Below are positions 27,349 to 35,507 of a stretch of DNA of 64,000 nucleotides, piece by piece. The notes below the pieces were generated by a model. It saw only the letters and a list, made by a program, of their open reading frames with translations. It did no database searches and was not told the origin of the DNA. The DNA is from Bacillota bacterium. Its GTDB lineage: Bacteria > Bacillota_I > Bacilli_A > RF39 > UBA660. A program made the translations under genes and the position numbers. Within the stretch, counting starts at the first letter, position 1. Every line of letters begins with the position of its first letter. The DNA is taken from the NCBI GenBank assembly GCA_015059405.1, contig SVAL01000008.1, positions 8,733 to 72,732 on the forward strand, read 5' to 3'.

Positions 27349-29109
27349 ATGAAGAATAAAAAAGGTTTTACGCTTATTGAATTACTTGCGGTAATAGTAA
27401 TATTAGGGTTATTAATGGCAATTGCAATACCAAGTGTAACTAAGTATATTACTGAATCAAGAAAAAAGACAGTAGTTAGTACAATAGGAAATTATATAAC
27501 GGCAATGGTAAATGAGGTAAATGATTTAACTTATACATTTACTGGAGATAATACTATATATGCAGTGCCTATTGAATGTATAGCACTTGAGCGTGGAGGA
27601 ACAAATCCGTTTGGTGCATGGCATCAAGCAAATGATGCATACTGGGCATATGTACTAGTGCAATATGACGATGAAACATCATCATATAGATATGGATATA
27701 CATTTAAAGATAGTGCTGGATATGGATTATATCCAACAACACAAGCTAAGTTAAATGAAGGTGGAAAACAAATACAAACAGGATTAGATTTGAATAGACC
27801 TAAAACAGGAAAAGTAACAGTTATAACAGCAGTTGATAACTGGAGTGGATTTAGTGTTGATAGTTCTACTGATTTGGTTGTATTAAAATCAGAAGTTGAA
27901 GGCAATGTTGGTGATGGAATTAATACATGTACACTTCAACAAAAGGGAGATAACTATGAACAAGTTAAAAACGATAAAGATACAGAAGAAGATTTAGTGA
28001 TTAATACACCATTATATTATGGGAAATCTTATATTAGTAAGCCTGCAGTTAGTGAATATTTATCTGCGTTCATGTCTGTTGTTTTTTATGAGGATGGTTC
28101 AGCTAAAACATATGTTAATGACGTATTAGATCAAGAATTACCAGTTGGTTCGATTAAATATAATAATAAACAAATGTCATTTTATGATGGTAATAGCACT
28201 ATTACTTTGAATATTTCTGATGATAAAAAGAATCTTTCTGATGAATCAGGAACTATGTCTTTGACACTTTTGGATGAGCTTGAAAGCGAAAAATTAGCTT
28301 TATTAATTAAACAGCAAAATACAATAAAAACTAATAAGCCAGTATTAACTACAATTAATAGCGATAAAGGTTTATATTCATCTATGCAAACAAATAGTGG
28401 AAAAACTACATATTATTTTAGAGGAAATGTAACAAATAATTATGTAGCGTTTGCTGGTTTAACGTGGAGAATAGTGAGAATCAACGAAGACGGAACAATA
28501 AGATTAATTTTAAATGGCAGAATCAGCTCAACAAATAGTAAATTTAGTAAAGAACATAGTAGTTATACTAATATGTACTATTCAAATAGTGAAACGTTAA
28601 GAGTTAATGTGAATAATTGGTATGATGCTAATTTAAAAGGTACAAAATTTGAAACAAATATTGTAACAGGTCAATTTTGCGAACAAGCAAGAGTAAAAGA
28701 ATTATCTAGTTATACTAGTGGTAATGTGGAGATGAATGTATATACATCATATACACCCGATTTTAAATGTACAACTGATGGAAATGGAAAGGGAATAATA
28801 AATAGTAAAGTTGGATTAATTACTTATGATGAGGTAATATATGCTGGTGGTTATCCGACTCTAGCAAATAGAAATTATTATTTATATAATGGTAATGAAT
28901 CAGCAACTAGCATGTGGACAATGACACCTGCTGCAGGAGTTGGTTGGGAAAATTTACCATGTGCATGGGTAGTTGGTTCTGACGGAACTATATATACTGA
29001 TAGTGTTTATTATGATGGTAGCGTTAGACCAGTTATTAATTTAAAATCTGATGTGCTTGCTACAGGAAGTGGTACTACATCCGATCCATATTTTATTATT
29101 ACTAACTAA
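27349..29109 (+). CDS. Modular type IV pilin-like protein, paralog of 14973-16979
   Basis: MKNKKGFTLIELLAVIVILGLL; about 210-aa pilin module with 27 differences from the paralog; unrelated middle region; homologous C-terminal module (WRIVRINEDG..MWTMTP..VRPVINL). Confidence 0.75.
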   Translation: MKNKKGFTLIELLAVIVILGLLMAIAIPSVTKYITESRKKTVVSTIGNYITAMVNEVNDLTYTFTGDNTIYAVPIECIALERGGTNPFGAWHQANDAYWAYVLVQYDDETSSYRYGYTFKDSAGYGLYPTTQAKLNEGGKQIQTGLDLNRPKTGKVTVITAVDNWSGFSVDSSTDLVVLKSEVEGNVGDGINTCTLQQKGDNYEQVKNDKDTEEDLVINTPLYYGKSYISKPAVSEYLSAFMSVVFYEDGSAKTYVNDVLDQELPVGSIKYNNKQMSFYDGNSTITLNISDDKKNLSDESGTMSLTLLDELESEKLALLIKQQNTIKTNKPVLTTINSDKGLYSSMQTNSGKTTYYFRGNVTNNYVAFAGLTWRIVRINEDGTIRLILNGRISSTNSKFSKEHSSYTNMYYSNSETLRVNVNNWYDANLKGTKFETNIVTGQFCEQARVKELSSYTSGNVEMNVYTSYTPDFKCTTDGNGKGIINSKVGLITYDEVIYAGGYPTLANRNYYLYNGNESATSMWTMTPAAGVGWENLPCAWVVGSDGTIYTDSVYYDGSVRPVINLKSDVLATGSGTTSDPYFIITN

Positions 29110-29119
29110 ATAATAATAA

Positions 29120-29149
29120 AAATCTTATATTAATTTATAAGATTTTTTT
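29120..29149 (+). terminator. Rho-independent terminator
   Basis: aaatcttata/tataagattt 10-bp stem followed by T7. Confidence 0.8.
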
Positions 29150-29213
29150 CTTTGTATTTTATTATTTAATTTGTCATGATATAATAATATATGATAATAG
29201 GAAGGTGAATGTG

Positions 29214-29570
29214 ATGATTAGAAATCGTAAGGGTCAAGCTTTAATCGAATTTGTTATTATATTGCCTGTTCTTATTTTGCTTATATTTTCTTTTATAGAT
29301 TTAGGAAGAATCATATTAGAAAATAATAAATTAGAAAATTTAACTACTAATGTTATTAATCGTTATGAAAAAACTAAAGATTATAAAGATGTTTCTTCAT
29401 ATATAAAAGAACTTGGTTATGAAAATGTAGAATTATCAATAAAAAAAACTAATGGTACTTTGACAATTAAATTAGAAAGAGAACTTGATATGATTACTCC
29501 TGGTATGGATAGTATTTTAGGAGATCCTTATTTTGTTAAAGTAGAAAGAGTAGTTAATTATGAAGAATAA
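29214..29570 (+). CDS. tadE: TadE-like pseudopilin
   Basis: N-terminal RKGQALIEFVIILPVLILLIF (TadE-type G/xxxxEF signal). GTG at 29205 is an alternative start. Confidence 0.7.
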   Translation: MIRNRKGQALIEFVIILPVLILLIFSFIDLGRIILENNKLENLTTNVINRYEKTKDYKDVSSYIKELGYENVELSIKKTNGTLTIKLERELDMITPGMDSILGDPYFVKVERVVNYEE

Positions 29571-29910
29571 TAAAGGTCAAGTATTAGTTTTATTTATTAT
29601 GATTCTACCAGTTATTTTTATAGGATTTGCATGTATTATTGATTCTTCTTATATGATGTATCAAAAAAATAGATTAGATAATATAAATAGAGATGTTTTA
29701 AATAGTTTAAAAGATAAGACTAATTTAGAAGAAGAAGATGTTTTGGACCTCATCATTTTGAATGATGCGAAAATCGTAAATGAAGATATATCTATTGATG
29801 ATACCATTACTATTGATAATTATATTTTAGTTGATAGTATATTTGGTAAAATAATTGGATTTGATGAATATAAGATTAGTTCTAGTATTAGTGTTAATTA
29901 TAATAATTAG
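29560..29910 (+). CDS. Second TadE/TadF-like pseudopilin
   Basis: NKGQVLVLFIMILPVIFIGF N-terminus; overlaps the upstream gene. Confidence 0.55.
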   Translation: MKNNKGQVLVLFIMILPVIFIGFACIIDSSYMMYQKNRLDNINRDVLNSLKDKTNLEEEDVLDLIILNDAKIVNEDISIDDTITIDNYILVDSIFGKIIGFDEYKISSSISVNYNN

Positions 29911-29921
29911 AAGGTGATAAT

Positions 29922-30689
29922 ATGGAAAGTAAAAAGGGAAAGATTCTTACTATAACATCTATGAAGGGTGGTGTTGGTAAAACAACAACTACTATGATGC
30001 TTGCGAATATTTATGCTAAGTGTGGTAAGAAAGTATTGGTTATTGATTTAGATTTATATAATGGTAATTTAGCTTTTGCATATAATATTAAGATTAAAAA
30101 TACTATTTATAATTTATGTGATGATATGGTTAATAATAGATTAGTTAATGGTATTAGTGATGATTATGTATATAAAGTTAGTGATAATTTATTTTTTATT
30201 CCAGCGTGTAAGGATCCTAGACAAGCTAGTAAAGTAGATAATAGGGTACTTGGTAATATATTTAATTCTTTGAGTTATTTATATGATGTTATTTTAATTG
30301 ATACGAATCATATTTTAAATGTATGTAATATGATAGCTTTTGAACATAGTTATAAGATTATTAATATTTTTACTAATGATAGTTTTGATTTACAAAATAC
30401 TAAAAGTTTTGTAGCTATATGTAAGAATATGGAAGTAGATAATTTATTATTAATGCTTAATAATGCTTGTGGTAAAGGAAATAGTTATTATACTAATTAT
30501 GATATTAAGAATATTGTTAAGAAGAATGTTGATTATACTATTCCTTCTAATCTTTATATAAAGAATTTTGATCAATTAGTTATGGATGGAAAAGTTAGTT
30601 CTTTTGATTTAAAAGGGGATTTTAAAAAGAATTTTGATAGTTTTTCAGAACATATGATTAATTTATTAGAAGAAGGAGGAAAGAAATAA
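29922..30689 (+). CDS. tadZ: TadZ/CpaE-like ParA/MinD-family ATPase
   Basis: Deviant Walker A SMKGGVGKTTTT; position upstream of the CpaF ATPase. Confidence 0.75.
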   Translation: MESKKGKILTITSMKGGVGKTTTTMMLANIYAKCGKKVLVIDLDLYNGNLAFAYNIKIKNTIYNLCDDMVNNRLVNGISDDYVYKVSDNLFFIPACKDPRQASKVDNRVLGNIFNSLSYLYDVILIDTNHILNVCNMIAFEHSYKIINIFTNDSFDLQNTKSFVAICKNMEVDNLLLMLNNACGKGNSYYTNYDIKNIVKKNVDYTIPSNLYIKNFDQLVMDGKVSSFDLKGDFKKNFDSFSEHMINLLEEGGKK

Positions 30690-32062
30690 TGAAAAAGAAT
30701 TGGCTTGAAGAGTTTGAAATTAAAGATCTTTCTCCTAAGATGAATGTTGATAAATCTGATTATGATGTTTTTCAAGATAAAGATTTATTGGATAAGTTTA
30801 GAAATAGTATTATTCAAGAATTAATAGATAATAATATTTCTGATTCATCAAAACTTTCTCAATATATAAATGAAGAAATAGATAGAATTACTGATGGATA
30901 TGATTTAAGTAGTGAAGAGAGAAATCATTTATTTAATTTGATTGAGAATGAAGTTAATGGGTTTGGGCCTATTACAGAACTTTTAGATGATAAGAATGTT
31001 ACTGAAATAATGATTAATAGTCCTAATGAAATATATATAGAAGTAGATGGGATTTTATCAAGGGATAAGAGTATTTCATTTATTAATGATGAACATATAA
31101 TTAGAACTATTCAAAGAATTATACAACCTCTTGGTAGAACAATAGATTCTGCTAATCCAATGGTTGATTCTAGACTTCCAGATGGATCTAGAATTAATGC
31201 GATTATTCCTCCATTAAGTGTTAAGGGACCTGTTGTTACTATTCGTAAGTTTAAAGATGATATTGATAGTATTGATTCTTTAATTGGTAATGGTACTCTT
31301 ACTCCTTATATGGCTAGATTTTTAGATGCTTGTGTTAAAGCTAAATTAAATATTTTAGTATGTGGTGGTACTGGTAGTGGTAAAACAACTCTATTAAATG
31401 TTTTATCTAGTTTTGTAGGTAATGAAGAAAGAATTATTACTATAGAAGATGCGGTTGAACTACGTCTTAAACAAGAGCATGTTATTTCTTTGGAAACTAA
31501 AAGTGTTAGTTATGATAAAGAAGGAGAAGTTACTATTCGTGATTTAGTTCGTAACTCTCTTCGTATGAGACCAGATAGAATTATTGTTGGTGAAGTTCGT
31601 GGTAAAGAAGCTTTTGATATGTTACAAGCGATGAATACTGGTCATGATGGTAGTTTAACAACACTACATGCAAATGGATGTAGAGATGCTTTAAATAGAC
31701 TTGAAACAATGATTTTAATGGGTGAGATTGAACTTCCTATTAAAGCAGTACGTGGTTATATTGAAAGTGCGATTGACTTAGTTGTCAGTGTTGAAAGACT
31801 TAGTGATGGTAAAAGAAAAGTTACATCTATTTCAGAAGTAGTAGGATTTGATGGAGATGTTATTGAAATAAAAGAAATATTTGGATTTATTAAACATGGT
31901 CTTACTGAAAGTAAAGAAGTTAATGGGGAATTTATTTTACATGATTATGTACCTGTTGTTTATGAAAAACTTTTAAGTAGAGGTATTGAAGTAGATGATA
32001 CTTTTGAAGAAATAAAGAAAAAATTAGAGAAAGAAGAAAAGAAAAATAAGAAGAAAAATTAA
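30689..32062 (+). CDS. tadA: TadA/CpaF-type secretion ATPase
   Basis: Walker [32 protein letters not shown], His box [12 protein letters not shown]. Confidence 0.9.
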   Translation: MKKNWLEEFEIKDLSPKMNVDKSDYDVFQDKDLLDKFRNSIIQELIDNNISDSSKLSQYINEEIDRITDGYDLSSEERNHLFNLIENEVNGFGPITELLDDKNVTEIMINSPNEIYIEVDGILSRDKSISFINDEHIIRTIQRIIQPLGRTIDSANPMVDSRLPDGSRINAIIPPLSVKGPVVTIRKFKDDIDSIDSLIGNGTLTPYMARFLDACVKAKLNILVCGGTGSGKTTLLNVLSSFVGNEERIITIEDAVELRLKQEHVISLETKSVSYDKEGEVTIRDLVRNSLRMRPDRIIVGEVRGKEAFDMLQAMNTGHDGSLTTLHANGCRDALNRLETMILMGEIELPIKAVRGYIESAIDLVVSVERLSDGKRKVTSISEVVGFDGDVIEIKEIFGFIKHGLTESKEVNGEFILHDYVPVVYEKLLSRGIEVDDTFEEIKKKLEKEEKKNKKKN

Positions 32063-32081
32063 TAGATAAGGAAGTGATAAA

Positions 32082-33098
32082 ATGAGTAGTGCACTTGATA
32101 TAATTGTATTTATTATCCAAGTATTAACTGGATTTGTACTATTATATGGTATTTATCGTGTATATAAATTTTATAGAAGTTATGTATTTGATAAAAGATT
32201 TGGTCCTTATTCTGTTGAATTGTTAGAAGATGATAGTGATAGTTTATTTGATAATATTTCATATTTTTATAAAGGAATTAGAAATAAATTATCTAATGTG
32301 CTTATAAAGAGTAAGTTACTTCTTGATTATAGTAAAAAGTATGAAAAATATAGTACTAAGTCTAGAGTTAGTTCTATTGATTTAATGAATTTTATATCTA
32401 CTAAGATATTTATTGGTTTATTATGTCTCTTTTTACTTATATTTTCATGTTTATTTAAATATGTAAAATTAGATTTATATTTATTATTATTAGTATTTTT
32501 ATTAGGTTTTTTTGGACTTGATATATATTTAATGATAATGGATAAAGTTAAGATGAATCGTATCGAAAAAGATATGGGAAAAGCTATTGTTGTTATGAAT
32601 AATGCTTTTAAGTCTGGTTATAGTATAATGCAAGCGATATATCTTGTTTATACTGAATTAGATGGTCCGATTAGTGTTGAATTTAAAAAGATGTATATGG
32701 ATATTACTTTTGGTTTAAATATGGAAGTAGTATTTAAAAGATTTTCTGAAAGAGTTAATTGTGTTGAAGCTAGTTATATGTCTACTTCTTTAGCAGTTTT
32801 AAATAAGACAGGTGGAAATATTGTTCAAGTATTTAATTCGGTAGAAAGAAGTTTAATGACAAGAAAAAAATTAAAAGATGAACTTGATAGTGTTTCAGCA
32901 TCAGCTAGGGCAGTATTTAAGATATTAGTATGTATTCCTTTAGTTTTAATACTTATGTTACTTGTATTAAATCCAGCATATTTTGTACCTCTTTTTACAA
33001 CACCAATAGGGATATTATGTTTACTTCTTAGTATTTTAATTTATATATTATATATATTTATTATAAAGAAAATTGTATATGTGGAGGTAAAACTATGA
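32082..33098 (+). CDS. tadB: TadB-like platform protein (T2SS-F family)
   Basis: N-terminal TM, cytoplasmic T2SSF-like domain (NAFKSGYSIMQAI), C-terminal TMs. Confidence 0.7.
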   Translation: MSSALDIIVFIIQVLTGFVLLYGIYRVYKFYRSYVFDKRFGPYSVELLEDDSDSLFDNISYFYKGIRNKLSNVLIKSKLLLDYSKKYEKYSTKSRVSSIDLMNFISTKIFIGLLCLFLLIFSCLFKYVKLDLYLLLLVFLLGFFGLDIYLMIMDKVKMNRIEKDMGKAIVVMNNAFKSGYSIMQAIYLVYTELDGPISVEFKKMYMDITFGLNMEVVFKRFSERVNCVEASYMSTSLAVLNKTGGNIVQVFNSVERSLMTRKKLKDELDSVSASARAVFKILVCIPLVLILMLLVLNPAYFVPLFTTPIGILCLLLSILIYILYIFIIKKIVYVEVKL

Positions 33099-33802
33099 GA
33101 AATGGTAAAAGAAAAAGACTTTCACAAAGAATTTTTTCAAAAAAACAAATTAAAAATATTCAAAGTAAGATTAATATGATGGGAGGAAATGTTAAGTTTG
33201 ATGCATTTTTCTTTCTAAATATGAGATTATTTTCTTCCATAGTTATCTTTTTAGTGGTATTATATATTAGCGAGTGGGGATATATTTTAGCGCCACTAAT
33301 TACATTTATTTATTATCATGGTCTTTATTATTTAATGATTGAAGGTAGTTTAAAAAGAAGATGTGATAAGTTAGATATAGAAGCAATGCATTTTTTTGAG
33401 ATTATGACTTTGGCACTTGAATCGGGTAATAATTTAGGTAATGCGCTTGAGATATCTTGTAATAATGTAGATAGTGAACTTTCTTGTGAATTTAAAAAAG
33501 CACTTGATGAAGTTACTTATGGTAAGAGTTTAAATGAAGCGTTAGAAAGTTTAAAGTTAAGAATTCCTTCAGATACAATTAATAATATTATTTTACTTAT
33601 TACACAAGCGAATATTTTTGGTAATAATATAACTAGTGATATGTATCATCAAATAGATTATATTAGAGATAGAGAAATTCAAAAAGCAAAGGGAAGAATT
33701 AGTAAAATACCTTTAAGAGTTTCTGTAATATCAGTACTATTTTATATACCGTTAATAATGTTATTGATTTTATCACCGGTATTGATAGAATTTTTTGGTT
33801 AG
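33095..33802 (+). CDS. tadC: TadC-like platform protein (T2SS-F family)
   Basis: Same architecture (LALESGNNLGNALE); overlaps the tadB stop. Confidence 0.7.
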   Translation: MRNGKRKRLSQRIFSKKQIKNIQSKINMMGGNVKFDAFFFLNMRLFSSIVIFLVVLYISEWGYILAPLITFIYYHGLYYLMIEGSLKRRCDKLDIEAMHFFEIMTLALESGNNLGNALEISCNNVDSELSCEFKKALDEVTYGKSLNEALESLKLRIPSDTINNIILLITQANIFGNNITSDMYHQIDYIRDREIQKAKGRISKIPLRVSVISVLFYIPLIMLLILSPVLIEFFG

Positions 33803-33813
33803 GAGATGAAAAT

Positions 33814-34533
33814 ATGAGTGGACATTCTAAATGGGCAACAATTCATAGAAAGAAAGGTTTATTAGATGCTGAACGTGGAAAGATTTTCCAAAAGATAGCA
33901 AAAGAATTATATGTAGCAGCAAAAGGTACTAATGGGGATCCTGCAACTAATCCAAACTTAAGATTAGTAGTTGAAAAAGCTAAGAGTAATAACATGCCTA
34001 AAGATAATATTCAAAAGGCAATAGATAAGGCAGTTAATGCTGCAGGTGGAGAAGATTATGAATCAGTTAGATATGAAGGTTATGGTCCAAGTGGAGTTGC
34101 TTTCATGGTTGATTGTTTAACTGATAACAGAAATAGAACTGCAATGTTAGTTAGATCTACACTTACTAAACGTGGTGGAAACTTAGGAACTGATGGATCT
34201 GTATCTTATATGTTTGAAAGACGTGGAGTTATTGTTATTGAAAAGACAGTTGATGAAGATGAAGCAATGATGGTATGTCTTGATAATGGTGCTCTTGATT
34301 TTATTAGTAATGATGATAACTTTGAAATTTATACATCACCAGATGATTTTATAAGTGTAAAAACTGCTTTAGAAGATATGGGAGTTAAAGAATTTATTAC
34401 TAGTGAAATTACATATGTTGCTAATAATTTGATTGAACTTGATGAAGAAACAACTGAAAAAGTATTAGCTTTATCTGATGCTTTAGATGAAATAGATGAT
34501 GTTCAAAATGTATATCATAATTTAAGTGTTTAA
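33814..34533 (+). CDS. yebC: YebC/PmpR-family transcriptional regulator
   Basis: MSGHSKWATIHRKKG..ERGKIF signature. Confidence 0.9.
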   Translation: MSGHSKWATIHRKKGLLDAERGKIFQKIAKELYVAAKGTNGDPATNPNLRLVVEKAKSNNMPKDNIQKAIDKAVNAAGGEDYESVRYEGYGPSGVAFMVDCLTDNRNRTAMLVRSTLTKRGGNLGTDGSVSYMFERRGVIVIEKTVDEDEAMMVCLDNGALDFISNDDNFEIYTSPDDFISVKTALEDMGVKEFITSEITYVANNLIELDEETTEKVLALSDALDEIDDVQNVYHNLSV

Positions 34534-34559
34534 GAATAGAGTTATCTATTCTTTTTTTT
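34533..34559 (+). terminator. Rho-independent terminator
   Basis: agaatag/ctattct stem followed by T8. Confidence 0.8.
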
Positions 34560-34610
34560 AGGAAAAATTACCTCTTTAGTATTATTTATATATTAGAGAG
34601 GTGAAATAAT

Positions 34611-35429
34611 ATGGAATTAAAAGTAGATAATAAGATAATTAATTATATGAAAGTAGATGATGAAGATTATATATCAATAACTGATATGCTGAAATCTAAA
34701 GATGGTAATTTCTTTGTTACTGATTGGTTAAGAAATAGAAATACTATTGAATTTTTAGGCATTTGGGAAGAACTACATAATCCAAATTTTAATTATGGCG
34801 AATTCGCCATAATTAAAAGTCAAGCAGGTTTAAATAGTTATAAATTAAGTGTTAAAGAATGGGTTGAAAAAACGAAGGCTATTGGTATTACCTCAAAAGC
34901 AGGTAGATATGGTGGAACATATGCACATAAAGATATTGCTTTTGAGTTTGGAATGTGGATTAGTCCAAAATTTAAATTATTATTAATTAAAGAATTTGAA
35001 AGGTTAAAGAAAGAAGAACAAAAAAAACTTGGTTGGAATGCAAAACGAGAATTATCTAAAATTAATTATAAAATTCATACTGACGCTATAAAACATAATC
35101 TAGTACCTGTAGAATTAACAAAAGAGCAAATTAATAATATTTATGCCGAAGAAGCAGATGTATTAAATATGGCATTGTTTGGTAAAACTGCTAAAGAGTG
35201 GAGAATAGGCAATCCTGAATTAGAAGGAAATATTAGGGATTATGCATCTATAAATGAATTAATATGTTTAGCTAATTTAGAAAATTTGAATTCTGTTTTT
35301 ATTAATGATGGTTTAAATCAATCAATAAGACTAGAACGACTAAATAAAATAGCAATATCACAGATGCAAATATTAAATAATTCTGATGCAATTTTATTAG
35401 AAAATAATCAAACTTTAATTAATAATTGA
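34611..35429 (+). CDS. KilA-N domain DNA-binding protein
   Basis: YISITDM..FFVTDWLRNRNTIEFLGIWEELHNPNF..GGTYAHKDIAFEFGMWISPKFKL typical of KilA-N, then a coiled-coil region. Confidence 0.8.
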   Translation: MELKVDNKIINYMKVDDEDYISITDMLKSKDGNFFVTDWLRNRNTIEFLGIWEELHNPNFNYGEFAIIKSQAGLNSYKLSVKEWVEKTKAIGITSKAGRYGGTYAHKDIAFEFGMWISPKFKLLLIKEFERLKKEEQKKLGWNAKRELSKINYKIHTDAIKHNLVPVELTKEQINNIYAEEADVLNMALFGKTAKEWRIGNPELEGNIRDYASINELICLANLENLNSVFINDGLNQSIRLERLNKIAISQMQILNNSDAILLENNQTLINN

Positions 35430-35507
35430 TAAATGTATTTTATTGATTTATAGGGATTTTATTCTCTATTTTTTATTTTTTTGATATACTATGCATAGGT
35501 GATTCTG

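Noticed and set aside
29110-29213. Search for a small Flp-type pilin ORF or a prepilin peptidase within the tad locus
   Set aside because: The gap contains only a terminator and a possible promoter (TTGTCA-17-ATAATA). No ORF with a G/xxxxEY-type signal was found other than the two TadE-like genes.
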